Part shown: piece after piece, positions 18,364 to 28,002 of the stretch
Layout of the letters: each line of letters begins with the position of its first letter
Numbering within the stretch: the stretch's first letter is position 1
IMG/VR virus record: IMGVR_UViG_3300021356_000011
Location: 1-64,000 of that record
Origin: a virus
Strand: one strand, 5' to 3'
DNA length: 64,000 bases
Notes under the pieces: model-generated
What the model was told of the DNA's origin: nothing
What the model saw: only the letters and a program-made list of their open reading frames with translations
Database searches by the model: none
Made by a program: the position numbers and the translations under genes

Positions 18364-19086
18364 TCAAATCTTTGGTAGTAACTTATTGGCAAGCTCACGC
18401 AGTGCTTGCACATCCTCTAACAAGTAGTCCCTAGCAAGAGATTCATCCTCTCTTGCCACCTGGTGAAACTTGTCGCCTCGGAAACCACAAGTCTTTGCTG
18501 GAATTCCGAATGCCGCACATAGCTCATCGAATTTCGGCATGTCGAAGCTGCGGTTGTATCCGCTGCCATGTCGAAGCCATACCTTGGCAAGGGCAACGAA
18601 TGTACTAGGAGTCTTGCCAAACTCGTTGAATACTTCCGTACCCACAATGCCGTTGATATTGATTCCGAGAATGGCACAACGATTGGCGAGAAATGGAAGG
18701 TCAAAGGAATCTCCATTGTACGTCACAACCATGCCACCTCGACGAAACACATCACCGATCTGTTTGACAAGATCCTCGATGATCGTCGCCTCGTCTCTCA
18801 GATCTATTTCGACTACGGCGTCTCCATAACTCTCTCGGAAGTACCCTACGCCGACCACCTGACCAATCAATGGATTCAGAGCGGCTCGCGAGTACACCTT
18901 GCCATAATGCTGTTTCTTTCTTTGGTCTTTGTTCTCCTTCCATTCCTGTTTCTTTCTGGCTATGGTTTCTGGTCTCTTGGCATTACCAAGCTTCGGAGTT
19001 TCATCGTCCTCGTAGGCAATGATTTCCTCGATGACTCGGTACGACTGTGGACCTGTTTCAATGTCGAAGTACAACCTGTCAATCAC
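18364..19086 (-). CDS. DEDD 3'-5' exonuclease (PolB-exonuclease-like)
   Basis: ExoI YFDIET, ExoII YNGDSFDLPFL, ExoIII YLLEDV. Confidence 0.8.
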   Translation of the reverse strand: MIDRLYFDIETGPQSYRVIEEIIAYEDDETPKLGNAKRPETIARKKQEWKENKDQRKKQHYGKVYSRAALNPLIGQVVGVGYFRESYGDAVVEIDLRDEATIIEDLVKQIGDVFRRGGMVVTYNGDSFDLPFLANRCAILGININGIVGTEVFNEFGKTPSTFVALAKVWLRHGSGYNRSFDMPKFDELCAAFGIPAKTCGFRGDKFHQVAREDESLARDYLLEDVQALRELANKLLPKI

Positions 19087-19370
19087 CGTTGCTGTCTCCC
19101 CCAGCCAAGACTTCTATGCCTCCTTGGCCTGTTGTTTTCCTCTGCTAAGTCTGCATGCGTATCGTAGGCATGCTGAATCTTTGACGCTCTTGTTTGAATC
19201 CAAATATCGATAATCCCCTCCTGAGATTTACTGATCGTTCCGACTGGCTGCTTCAGTAACTGATCAACGTAGTATTCAACCAGCGGTTGAAACAATGGCA
19301 AGCCAAACTCGTCGAATCCGATGACGAACATATCGCTCTCAGTAATATCACCATCCTTGATCACTCTCAC
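19083..19370 (-). CDS. Hypothetical protein
   Basis: Tightly packed ORF in minus-strand operon. Confidence 0.5.
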   Translation of the reverse strand: MRVIKDGDITESDMFVIGFDEFGLPLFQPLVEYYVDQLLKQPVGTISKSQEGIIDIWIQTRASKIQHAYDTHADLAEENNRPRRHRSLGWGRQQR

Positions 19371-19670
19371 TTAATCGCCCTCCCTTTGAGCGTTTAAAAC
19401 ATACCTCTCTGTAATCTTCTGAGCCTTGACATAGAAGTCCTCTTCTATCCCTTTTGATACTGCTCGGTATCGTTTGATGTACTCCTTTCCGTAGCTAACG
19501 ATGTCCTTCCGCATTTCATACAGCAGCTTATCCAATGTCTTTGGCATCTTCCTGCTGGGATAATGGCTGAGTCTCATGCGAACATAGTGGACGATGTCGT
19601 CCTGCTTTATCCTGACTTCAGCCCTTCCGAGAATGTACTCCCCTCTCAAGTTTTGTTTGATCTTTGTCAT
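19371..19670 (-). CDS. Hypothetical basic protein
   Basis: Tightly packed ORF in minus-strand operon. Confidence 0.5.
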   Translation of the reverse strand: MTKIKQNLRGEYILGRAEVRIKQDDIVHYVRMRLSHYPSRKMPKTLDKLLYEMRKDIVSYGKEYIKRYRAVSKGIEEDFYVKAQKITERYVLNAQREGD

Positions 19671-19672
19671 GC

Positions 19673-20218
19673 CTAGTTCCCAAATGTTACTTGGTCCTCG
19701 TGACTAGTCTGGTCAACGCCACCTCGGAAAAGAGCTAAGGTTTGTTTGGGATCACTGAATGCTTCCCTAGGAACCAGGATCTTCCTTCCGTACAGATGTT
19801 CGTGATAATCTGGCTTGTAATTCTCAATGATGTCTTTGCTAAATATGTGACCAATGAATTCGATATGCTTAGGGTCGTCTCCTATTCGGAACAACACAAA
19901 GAGATCCACCTTTTTTGGCTCGTCTGGAAACAGGTGCATCTCCAGTTCCCTGCCTGACCACTCACGAGTCTTTACGTTGACTGTCATTCCATTGAAGATG
20001 AAGTCATACTTATCCCCTCCGATGTATATGTTTTTATCGATTGGCAATCCAGTAAGCTGACTGAATGCAATCTCACCCAGCGTACCTACCGTAGCGCAGT
20101 GGAGCAGACCTTCATTTCGACGTTGAATCTTGCTTTGACTTGGCTTCTTCTTTGATGCCCTGTCGAACGCAATAGCTGCTGCGTTCCCCCACTCTTCCCT
20201 AGTCAATGAAATTATCAT
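19673..20218 (-). CDS. Putative PD-(D/E)XK nuclease-like protein
   Basis: GTLGEIAF ... GGDKYDF ... VNVKT pattern; SD GGAGGGG upstream of ATG 20218. Confidence 0.55.
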   Translation of the reverse strand: MIISLTREEWGNAAAIAFDRASKKKPSQSKIQRRNEGLLHCATVGTLGEIAFSQLTGLPIDKNIYIGGDKYDFIFNGMTVNVKTREWSGRELEMHLFPDEPKKVDLFVLFRIGDDPKHIEFIGHIFSKDIIENYKPDYHEHLYGRKILVPREAFSDPKQTLALFRGGVDQTSHEDQVTFGN

Positions 20219-20396
20219 TCTCGCTCCCCTCCTTCTTTGCAGGCAATTCTTTCCTGCGAATATGAAAGTCCATGGGACCATCGAAGCAAAGTCTCACGCT
20301 GTCCTTCTTTGAGACCTTGCTGATGGTCAACTCTAATACCTTGCCACCAATTTCAATCACTGCGCTTTCGTTATACTTCCGTGTAATAACCAGCAT
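20199..20396 (-). CDS. csrA: Carbon storage regulator CsrA-like RNA-binding protein
   Basis: MLVITRK..ES.VI.....ELTI......VRL.FD.P....I.R.EL matches the CsrA consensus. Confidence 0.8.
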   Translation of the reverse strand: MLVITRKYNESAVIEIGGKVLELTISKVSKKDSVRLCFDGPMDFHIRRKELPAKKEGSENDNFID

Positions 20397-20498
20397 TTGC
20401 CCTACTCCGCTATCCATTTTGCGATCAACCATGCCATGCCTGTAAACACTGGCGAACAATACATCAAACCGATTGCGATCCTGTCGTGCTTATCCATC

Positions 20499-20750
20499 TC
20501 ACAGCCCCTCCCTTGCGACATTCGCCGCTGGCACAAAGCGAGCATGACCTCCGTCTAATTTGAATTTCCCGACGAAAAAATCATCTTCAAAGTAAAGCAA
20601 GGAACCAACTGGAGTCTGCTTAGGTTCTATTCCCGCTTCTCTCCTTTTTTTTCGTTCCTCAACTATCCCTTCTAACTCTTTAAGCAGGCTTGCCATTCCC
20701 TGCAAGTCTTCGTAGCTGAGAGAAAACTCCTCTTTATTTTTTTTTGCCAT
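20499..20750 (-). CDS. Hypothetical protein
   Basis: 83 aa, start overlaps the upstream stop. Confidence 0.5.
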   Translation of the reverse strand: MAKKNKEEFSLSYEDLQGMASLLKELEGIVEERKKRREAGIEPKQTPVGSLLYFEDDFFVGKFKLDGGHARFVPAANVAREGL

Positions 20751-20998
20751 TACATCGTATCTCCAAATTCGCGGTACAACTGATCCACTGCTGCGGCATC
20801 TTCCTTCAGCATCTGCTCGTCGTAATCGATGCCTTGGTCATCGTAGACTCGTCGCATCATATCCTCGGTGGATTCTCCACTACTGCTCGGTGCGTAGGTT
20901 GGTGCTGAACCACCACCTGCACAACCAAAGAAGATGATCCCCGCAACCAAGAAGATTGCAATCAACAGGTAAGCTTTGATTTGATCTTGTCTTGTCAT
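20750..20998 (-). CDS. Small membrane protein / possible lipoprotein
   Basis: N-terminal hydrophobic stretch ending FFGC (lipobox-like). Confidence 0.5.
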   Translation of the reverse strand: MTRQDQIKAYLLIAIFLVAGIIFFGCAGGGSAPTYAPSSSGESTEDMMRRVYDDQGIDYDEQMLKEDAAAVDQLYREFGDTM

Positions 20999-21000
20999 CG

Positions 21001-21291
21001 TTAGTTCCCTTCCGTATTAAGACTGCGTTCCAAGTAATCCATTGCATTGAATTCAACCAGGTCTTTGCGAGAGAGAGTGCTTAAGATTCGTATCAACTCA
21101 CTCTCTGTTTTCTGTAGATGGTTCACCTCCCTTTCCCAATGATGATGTCGCATTAATAAGTCTCGGTATTTCATCGCCAAGACTTCAACCTGTTGGTCAT
21201 CAAACTTGAACTTTCCGTATGTTCTTACTCGGTTGTCATTTCCTCGTTTGCCTGACTCGACTCTCGCAACCTTTGTCCTCTCACCACTCAT
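21001..21291 (-). CDS. Hypothetical protein
   Basis: Likely start MSGERTK at 21291 within ORF 21001..21408. Confidence 0.4.
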   Translation of the reverse strand: MSGERTKVARVESGKRGNDNRVRTYGKFKFDDQQVEVLAMKYRDLLMRHHHWEREVNHLQKTESELIRILSTLSRKDLVEFNAMDYLERSLNTEGN

Positions 21292-21467
21292 AAACTTGTA
21301 CCTCTGTGTCAATATGAAAGACAACGTAGCTTCCGCATTTAGGATCCGATGTTGGACGGCAACCTCTTTGGTCACCATTAATAAACTCATCCACTCTCCA
21401 CATGACACCTCCGTGAAAGAATGTGTCGCCTCCTGCTAACTCATAAATCGGCTTCATGTAAAACCCC

Positions 21468-21836
21468 CTACCACCAACTGGTGTAAATGATTTCGTATCC
21501 GTTGTGAATTTGATTGCGTGCTGTGTCGATAAATTCTAGATCGTGATCGAAGTAATACTCGTCTGAATTGCCTCCGAAGAAAAACCCTTGTGTCTCTGGC
21601 ATTGCCCCACCCTTGACAGCAACCTCCAGGTCTTGCAGGTCTTCGTCGCTGAGTTCAACGACGGCGCAATTGAAGTCTCCTTCATTTCCGCGATCTCGCC
21701 ATAGGCTTTCCATGTAACCTTGGAGATTCGGGTGCTTCCTCCAGTAACCGATCTCCGTCTTGTCTTCCCAGTTCACGTTACCATCTTCATCGATGTACCT
21801 GCCAGTTACGGCATATGCATATTGATCTAATCCCAT
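21468..21836 (-). CDS. Conserved phage protein (MGLDQY..YWRKH..GFFFG..SWW family)
   Basis: Recognisable motif set of a widespread uncharacterised phage family. Confidence 0.65.
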   Translation of the reverse strand: MGLDQYAYAVTGRYIDEDGNVNWEDKTEIGYWRKHPNLQGYMESLWRDRGNEGDFNCAVVELSDEDLQDLEVAVKGGAMPETQGFFFGGNSDEYYFDHDLEFIDTARNQIHNGYEIIYTSWW

Positions 21837-21994
21837 TACTCTTCCCTTCCTTTTTTCTCGCCGTCAGCGAATCCATCATCATAAGCGGCTTCAATTTGTG
21901 CTTGCACAATGTTGCAAAGCATATCGACATAGACAGGATCGATGCCGTTTAACGCCTTAACGATGACGTTCCATTCCAGAATTGGATTCTTCAT
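21836..21994 (-). CDS. Small hypothetical protein (52 aa, not in ORF track)
   Basis: SD GGGAGG + ATG at 21994; stop overlaps the next start. Confidence 0.4.
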   Translation of the reverse strand: MKNPILEWNVIVKALNGIDPVYVDMLCNIVQAQIEAAYDDGFADGEKKGREE

Positions 21995-22180
21995 AGAAAC
22001 CCTCCCAAGGTTTATGGTGAATGATCATCAGTTGCCCCCGTCCAACCACCACAGTGGACGAGGGCGAAGTGGCAACCACTCAGATTAAACTGGATGTAAC
22101 CCGATCAGCTTTGTGGAGTCAGAAAACCTGCATGAATATGGAAAATGCAGGAGAGGATCAACTCCAGCCAATAGCTGCCA

Positions 22181-23074
22181 CTACATTGAAAGTATCAACT
22201 CCTCGGCTCGCTGAACCGTAGAGTCCTCCAGGACACTCACAGAGCGATTAAACTCTTTCTGTTCACTGGTCATACCCTTCTCGCCATTACGAGTAACATC
22301 GTGTTGTCGGTAACCTTGGATCGCATTGAAAGCCATCCACCCAGTCGTCACAGGGTTAGCTAGGCTTGGCGTCTCTAGGTTAAGCTTGTGCGACTCACGC
22401 ATAACACGCGACCAGATAGCGCTGATCTTGTCGTTGTGCTTAGTGGTGGATTGCTTGGCTTCACTCTTTGGTGCTGGGTAGATCTCTGCCAGCAAGTGCT
22501 TGAGGTTGATACGCTTTGCATGCATGTTGCGACAATGGTCAACCACTTCGTCCCACTTGGCGACGATATCATAGAACTGGTCCTGGATCGTAGCGATCCT
22601 GGTCTCCAGGCTTTTGGTGTGTTTGATGCTGAAGTTGATTTCGCTTGAGTTGCGAACCATCATGAGATTACTGCATGCGTCACGCTGCAATGGCAATCGA
22701 CCTCTTGCAGGTAAGCCGCCAAGACCAAACCACAAGTCAAGTTGAGGCCAAACAGAATCGCCCTTAACGATCTCGCGACGGTATTTGTCGTCTGGACGAA
22801 TGCGAACGTAATGACCTTCTTTCCATCGTGCTTTCACTTTTGGATTATGAAACCCAGGTAAGCCAAGAACAGATTTAATGATAGGACGCAAGTGATGGAG
22901 TTGATGTGGGATGTATCGCTCAGTCACTGAGCCTCTCCCGACTGGCTTACCAGTCTCGGTGAATAGACCATAGTAACCGGTCTCCTCGCCGTTTGGACCG
23001 AATAGAGGTTGCTTGATAATGTGACGGGGAAACTTGTCGAGTTGTGATTCGATTGCGATTGGTAGAACTGTCAT
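22181..23074 (-). CDS. DUF932/DUF945-like protein
   Basis: V..RY.P.Q, R.ACSNLM, IKHT.S, T.W.AFNAI..Y..H motifs. Confidence 0.65.
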   Translation of the reverse strand: MTVLPIAIESQLDKFPRHIIKQPLFGPNGEETGYYGLFTETGKPVGRGSVTERYIPHQLHHLRPIIKSVLGLPGFHNPKVKARWKEGHYVRIRPDDKYRREIVKGDSVWPQLDLWFGLGGLPARGRLPLQRDACSNLMMVRNSSEINFSIKHTKSLETRIATIQDQFYDIVAKWDEVVDHCRNMHAKRINLKHLLAEIYPAPKSEAKQSTTKHNDKISAIWSRVMRESHKLNLETPSLANPVTTGWMAFNAIQGYRQHDVTRNGEKGMTSEQKEFNRSVSVLEDSTVQRAEELILSM

Positions 23075-23153
23075 GGTGGTACTTCCTTTTGGTGAATGTG
23101 AATGAGAATGATGGGCAGTTTGGCAACATGCCCAGGTTGCGGAATGGATATCC

Positions 23154-23579
23154 CTAGTTTGCTGCCAGTGCTTTTTCTAGGCACTTGCTGCACTTAGCCC
23201 CTGATTGGGCTCCACTGTTGTGGTACTGAACGAACACTTGGTTGTTGCAACCCTCCGCTCTGCAACTACCCTTCTTGATTGTGACCATGGGACTCGTGTT
23301 TGGTCGATGACTCCCGAAATTGCCGTAGTAGCATTCAGTCGTCGATGACAAGCAGACCTTGTCGGTAAGATCACCTTGCAGACACATACAAGCCCATTTG
23401 TAAGCTTGCGTCCAGGTCTCAAACATCTTTCGACCTTCGATGACCTCAAGCTTGAATCCGTCCATCAGAATCCCATTAGGGAAATTCTCGTCGTACTCTG
23501 CTTGGCTACTGAATGAATAGCATATCCAAGGAGTATTAGCCTGAGTGTCAATGACATTCCAAGTCTTCTGCGCCTTCAT
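23154..23579 (-). CDS. Hypothetical protein with C-terminal Cys cluster
   Basis: SD GGGAGG; C..EGC....C.KC. Confidence 0.5.
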   Translation of the reverse strand: MKAQKTWNVIDTQANTPWICYSFSSQAEYDENFPNGILMDGFKLEVIEGRKMFETWTQAYKWACMCLQGDLTDKVCLSSTTECYYGNFGSHRPNTSPMVTIKKGSCRAEGCNNQVFVQYHNSGAQSGAKCSKCLEKALAAN

Positions 23580-23647
23580 GTTGTTGCCCTCCCGAGGCAT
23601 AAGAAAGTGGTGGTTGTCACTCAATTTAGATGAGCGACTGGTAAAAC

Positions 23648-24028
23648 TTAACGACTCTGGTTTTCAGGATCAATACCGATTGAATCAAAATTTAAAGAAT
23701 CGTGTTTTTCGTTTAGCTCTTTTGCAAATCCGATGTAATCAAAGCCGTCTGGCCCCAGGTACTTAAGACTCATCGGTTGCGAATCAAGAAACCTTGAATA
23801 GTCTTCGACCTTTGTCTCTTTTTCTGACTCTTTTTTGATCTCTTGTTGTGGCTCTTCCTCCGCTTTGCCTGAATAAATCAATACCGATGCGGCAATCAGG
23901 TCGTTCTGAATCTGCTCTGGGATTCCTGGCATGCTGCTGTAACCGTGGATCCTCTCCGCCAACTGTTTACGTTCACTCTCGTCCATGTCATCAATCCTTA
24001 TCAACTTGGTGATCTTTTTGTACAACAA
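23648..24028 (-). CDS. Hypothetical protein
   Basis: Charged 126 aa ORF in early region. Confidence 0.45.
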   Translation of the reverse strand: MLYKKITKLIRIDDMDESERKQLAERIHGYSSMPGIPEQIQNDLIAASVLIYSGKAEEEPQQEIKKESEKETKVEDYSRFLDSQPMSLKYLGPDGFDYIGFAKELNEKHDSLNFDSIGIDPENQSR

Positions 24029-24067
24029 TATGAGTATATCTCATCCTTGTAATTGAATTGCGAGCGA

Positions 24068-24307
24068 TCAACGGTCCAGCAGATCGTTGAAATCTTCCTC
24101 AATCGCTTCTCTCCAACTCTCACCATACTTTTTGACCAGACTGTTCACGATGTCATCGAGTGCCTCGTCCAGATCGAATGGACAATCGAATTCTGGAACC
24201 GCATCGATTAACTCTACCATTTCGTCGATGCTCCACTCTCGTTGAGGCTCTTCTCCGGCTCTCCATGCTGCCTCTGAACCTGGACAGCGTCCTTCCCATT
24301 GAATCAT
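24068..24307 (-). CDS. Hypothetical acidic protein
   Basis: ATGA overlap with the upstream gene. Confidence 0.45.
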   Translation of the reverse strand: MIQWEGRCPGSEAAWRAGEEPQREWSIDEMVELIDAVPEFDCPFDLDEALDDIVNSLVKKYGESWREAIEEDFNDLLDR

Positions 24308-24633
24308 CCTGCCAACTCCCAATTAATGGTTTCGATATCGAAAAATGCCCACCTACTTGTGACCTTCTCATTCACCTCTTGGCGAATCGTTGCGTGTAGA
24401 CCATGGTGGGTGGTGTATGTCATCTCTATCGGGTGTGTCTTCTGCTTGAGTTTAACGAAAATCCTGACCTTCTGCCCTAGTCTTTGTGCCTGGTTATCTT
24501 CCAAGAGCAGATTCTTGATCTGCCTACGCAGGTTCTTTTTGTACTCCTGAATACAGAAATGGCAGATCGCCATATCGAATAGTCTGAACTGTGTCCTATC
24601 GCCGCACTGCGTGCATGGTTTCGTCGTCGTCAT
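24304..24633 (-). CDS. Hypothetical protein with N-terminal Zn finger
   Basis: CTQC..CHFC; SD GGAG. Confidence 0.5.
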   Translation of the reverse strand: MTTTKPCTQCGDRTQFRLFDMAICHFCIQEYKKNLRRQIKNLLLEDNQAQRLGQKVRIFVKLKQKTHPIEMTYTTHHGLHATIRQEVNEKVTSRWAFFDIETINWELAG

Positions 24634-24708
24634 TGCGTGGAATCTCCATAAGTGAAAGCAAAGAAAACAACCAGCAAGGTTTCCCCTGCCGGCTGTCCTG
24701 GCGTCGTC

Positions 24709-25125
24709 CTATTCGCCTCTACAAACTGGGCCAATCCCTAATCTAATCGATTCGGGGTCGGTTAGTTTTCGATTGCATACGATGCATCGACCCTCGACCT
24801 GGAACTCAATTCCTTTTGCGTGGAATCTGCTAGGGTCTTCAATCATCCTCGCGATTTTCTCCAGCGCCGTGCCTCGGTGCCTGCTCCATACGGCGATTCT
24901 GCCGCCATCCTTGACAAACCCGAAGCCTCTGAAGTCGGTTTCGTTGCATGGTCCAGATAGGATTGAAATAATCCGTTCACCTGGGGCGAATTTTGCATCG
25001 TCTTTCTGCGTCTTGATTTTTACGGTGCGGTGCTGACCCGTCTCCGGATTGGTCATCGTCACACACCCGTTGTGTGTGGACAAATCAAAGTCATCGATGC
25101 TGGTTTCCAGTTCTGCGGTTGCCAT
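24709..25125 (-). CDS. DUF6011-like Zn-finger protein
   Basis: C-terminal GRCIVCNRKLTDPESIRLGIGPVC; SD GAGGAG. Confidence 0.75.
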   Translation of the reverse strand: MATAELETSIDDFDLSTHNGCVTMTNPETGQHRTVKIKTQKDDAKFAPGERIISILSGPCNETDFRGFGFVKDGGRIAVWSRHRGTALEKIARMIEDPSRFHAKGIEFQVEGRCIVCNRKLTDPESIRLGIGPVCRGE

Positions 25126-25214
25126 TGTCCTGGCTCCTCTTGTGGTGGTGGGAAGTGAAAACGAGGAGAGCAGGCGCTACCCTGCCCTGGCTCGGTGTCA
25201 CTCATCGCCATGAA

Positions 25215-25493
25215 TCACGCTAGTTTTTGCGGTTCACCAATCAATGCGAGCGTCTCATCGTACAGCGTCAAGTACCGATTCTTGTCTGTGCATGTGACCA
25301 AGCAGTCGCCTGAATCATAAAATCTCGTTCCCTTCACGCCATCAGTGACCAGTCGAACCGTCAATGGTGAAGTGTATTCCTTCCCATCGATGACTGTTAC
25401 ATGCTCAACGGTGAATTGAGGCGTCGCCTCGTCGCTACCGAATAAACCAGTGGCGTCCAGATTTCGAGTAAAACGGGTAACTTCAAAACTCAT
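25215..25493 (-). CDS. Hypothetical protein
   Basis: Start MSFEV preceded by GAAAGGG and (CAC)6. Confidence 0.5.
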   Translation of the reverse strand: MSFEVTRFTRNLDATGLFGSDEATPQFTVEHVTVIDGKEYTSPLTVRLVTDGVKGTRFYDSGDCLVTCTDKNRYLTLYDETLALIGEPQKLA

Positions 25494-25530
25494 TGCAAAC
25501 CCTTTCGTTGTGGTGGTGGTGGTGGTGTTT

Positions 25531-25821
25531 CTATTCAAAATCGAATTGTGCAAACCAATACCGAACGTCGCCTTCATCCGGCGTAATATCGTCCCCATCA
25601 GCGAACCAATACTCACAAAATCCATCGAGCGTACATTCAAAATCACAATCCGGAGACGGGATTAACTCGGATTCAATTGACCATTCTCCATCCTCACGGC
25701 GTACTACAGGATTCATCGGAATCACCGTATCGCACGACTGAAAATTGCGGGGATTAAAATGACGGCGGTTGTACTCTCTGGCGATTGAAATGACAGATTC
25801 AAAAGACCCGCGCAAGATCAT
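25531..25821 (-). CDS. Hypothetical protein
   Basis: SD AGGAGG preceded by CACCACCAC. Confidence 0.55.
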   Translation of the reverse strand: MILRGSFESVISIAREYNRRHFNPRNFQSCDTVIPMNPVVRREDGEWSIESELIPSPDCDFECTLDGFCEYWFADGDDITPDEGDVRYWFAQFDFE

Positions 25822-25926
25822 AGCTAAGCCCTCCTAAGGCTATGTGGTGGTGAATACTGGCAACACTGCCAATCCTGTGGGGTTCCTGGCGTGGACCTGG
25901 AACCCTCAAGGACGAGCAGTGGTGGC

Positions 25927-26646
25927 CTAGTGTGCTGCAAAGAACACGTTACAGAGTCCACCGATGCAAGCGTTGCATGCGATCGTTTTCCTGCTGCCGG
26001 AGCAGGTAACCTCGTCGACTCCTCGCCTAAGCTTAGGACAGAATAAAAACTCCTCCCCCTCAATGCTCAGTTTTTTGGGGGCGTCGCTCATGCGTTTCTG
26101 ACCTCGTTTTTTGGCTGGGTGGAATTCCTCAGCATTGTCCACCCAAGCGAATAGGGTGAAGCCTGCCGACCTGGCCTGCTCCATGTCATCGGCGTTGTGA
26201 ATGCTGGCGTAGAGCGTGACATGCTCCCCCAACATGTCGACGATCCGAGGATCATATTCGTGGGTATAGGCCCACATTTCAGGAAGCTCAAAATCCAAGT
26301 CTAGCAGGCTCTCGATGGCCCAACGTATCGATTCCAGGTACTCCAGGTCGAGTGTGCCATCTTTTAGAAAATCACCGCGCTCGTGGAATCGTACTTTTTT
26401 CCCCTTGGCTGCTGCGGTGATGAGCATGGCGCGGATTACATTCCGCTCTGTGACCATTCCAGCGAGCCCATTTTTTCGGCTATGTGGAAATCGTGCCTCC
26501 GTTTTATCGGCATAGCATCGGTGTTTCCCTGCGTCATCCCTGGATGGATGGAATTGGCAGGAGGTGGGGCAGGAATCGCCAACTGCGCGTGATGTCACGA
26601 CTGCCTCGGTGCCGACTGCCGCGTTGCCGTTTTCTACATAATACAT
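25927..26646 (-). CDS. Gp88-like Cys-rich (radical-SAM-related) phage protein
   Basis: SCP.SC...CYA, VRFHERGDF, WAYTH, C-terminal CP..TC..C.AC..C. Confidence 0.6.
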   Translation of the reverse strand: MYYVENGNAAVGTEAVVTSRAVGDSCPTSCQFHPSRDDAGKHRCYADKTEARFPHSRKNGLAGMVTERNVIRAMLITAAAKGKKVRFHERGDFLKDGTLDLEYLESIRWAIESLLDLDFELPEMWAYTHEYDPRIVDMLGEHVTLYASIHNADDMEQARSAGFTLFAWVDNAEEFHPAKKRGQKRMSDAPKKLSIEGEEFLFCPKLRRGVDEVTCSGSRKTIACNACIGGLCNVFFAAH

Positions 26647-26746
26647 GGTTCTGATCCTCTAAAATGTGGTGGTGGTGTGCCTGGAACCCTCCCGGCATCC
26701 TGTCGGGCTCCCTGGCGGAAGCCCTCGAGGGCGACGGGGGTCGATA

Positions 26747-26980
26747 TTAATCCCGATTACCATATCGTTCGAGCCGCTCCTGAAAAGCCATTTTCTCGCC
26801 TTGCTTTGCCAGGTGGGCATCGATCCAATCGCGACATTCAAATACGTCAGATTTCCGACCTACTAACACTGGCCTACTGTCGATAATGTCGAGTTTTCCC
26901 ATTCTGCGAATTAGGTTGAATCCTCGATATCGCCAGTGGTTAGGGGCTACTCTCTCGGGTTTGATTCGTTTTGTGGTCAT
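26747..26980 (-). CDS. Hypothetical protein
   Basis: Preceded by CACCACCAC-GAAAGG element. Confidence 0.5.
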   Translation of the reverse strand: MTTKRIKPERVAPNHWRYRGFNLIRRMGKLDIIDSRPVLVGRKSDVFECRDWIDAHLAKQGEKMAFQERLERYGNRD

Positions 26981-27016
26981 GGTTTTTGCCTTTCGTGGTG
27001 GTGGTAGTGCCTTGAG

Positions 27017-27601
27017 CTATCGCTGGAAACGACCCAGGATCAGCTTCCTGGTATCTTCGGCGTCCTGCCTGTCATCGGTGTAATAGTCGGCATCTGGGTT
27101 CCTTTTCCCGTCCTGGTCATAGGCTTTGCAATGGAACTCGCCCCATTGGTTAGCGCGTTTGGGGATGGTGATTTTTACGGTGAGGCGAATGGGATCGATT
27201 GCCATAGCTTCGGCTCTCATTTTGGTGGTAGTGGCTGCGACAATGTAGCCTGATTCGCTCACCACAAAATAAACCGATGGACGATCACGGTAGGCTACCG
27301 AAACAACGCGACCATCGGCGGCGATATCGTAGGCGGCATTGTATTGGGCCAGTTTTAGGAACTCGAACCCATCAACGCGCCTTCCCACCAGGGAGCCTGC
27401 GACGCGATAAAATGCCTCTTGGCATTGATCGTAGGTGTAACCACATTCGCGTGCGTTGTCCTGAGCGTGGTAGGCATGTTCCAGGATGGAGCCCAATAAA
27501 AAACACTCATATTTTGGATCTGGCTCGTCGAGTTGGTCGAATCCGGCGCTGATGTTGGCCTCGACAATTTCGGTGATGGTGGGGCGTTGTGTGGTGGTCA
27601 T
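27017..27601 (-). CDS. Hypothetical protein
   Basis: Start MTTTQ preceded by CACCACCAC-GAAAGGG. Confidence 0.55.
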   Translation of the reverse strand: MTTTQRPTITEIVEANISAGFDQLDEPDPKYECFLLGSILEHAYHAQDNARECGYTYDQCQEAFYRVAGSLVGRRVDGFEFLKLAQYNAAYDIAADGRVVSVAYRDRPSVYFVVSESGYIVAATTTKMRAEAMAIDPIRLTVKITIPKRANQWGEFHCKAYDQDGKRNPDADYYTDDRQDAEDTRKLILGRFQR

Positions 27602-27633
27602 GGCTTTTTCCCTTTCGTGGTGGTGAATGTTGG

Positions 27634-28002
27634 CTATCGTCCTGGTTGGCGGATTTCGACGTTGATGAACTCCGGCAAATAAAGGCTGGACCATCGTTCG
27701 GCATCGATGTGATTATCTGCCCAGCGTACCGGCGAAACGGTAACGCCTGGTCGCTCCTCCCCGAAAATCAACTCAGCTAGAGGGTATCCGTTGGAGTCCT
27801 GGAAGCCGTCGAGATCCTTGCCGGATACAGCTGGGTGACAGTGATAGGTTTTCCCGTCGATCAATGCGACATCCAAGGCCCATTGGCTGCGATTTGGCTC
27901 CCAAACCAGGAAAGTGCGATATCCGCCGATGGCATAGGGTGCGTGATAAACGGTGACGGTAGGAATGGCGTTGTTGTCGATTGTGCCGCGTGTGGTGGTC
28001 AT
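27634..28002 (-). CDS. Hypothetical protein
   Basis: Start MTTTR preceded by CACCACCAC..GAGAGG. Confidence 0.55.
   Translation of the reverse strand: MTTTRGTIDNNAIPTVTVYHAPYAIGGYRTFLVWEPNRSQWALDVALIDGKTYHCHPAVSGKDLDGFQDSNGYPLAELIFGEERPGVTVSPVRWADNHIDAERWSSLYLPEFINVEIRQPGR

Noticed and set aside
25510-25527. (GTG)n runs as a CRISPR array or microsatellite
   Set aside because: Units are only 9-18 nt and separated by whole genes, with no regular spacer structure and no cas genes. Treated as a start-associated motif.
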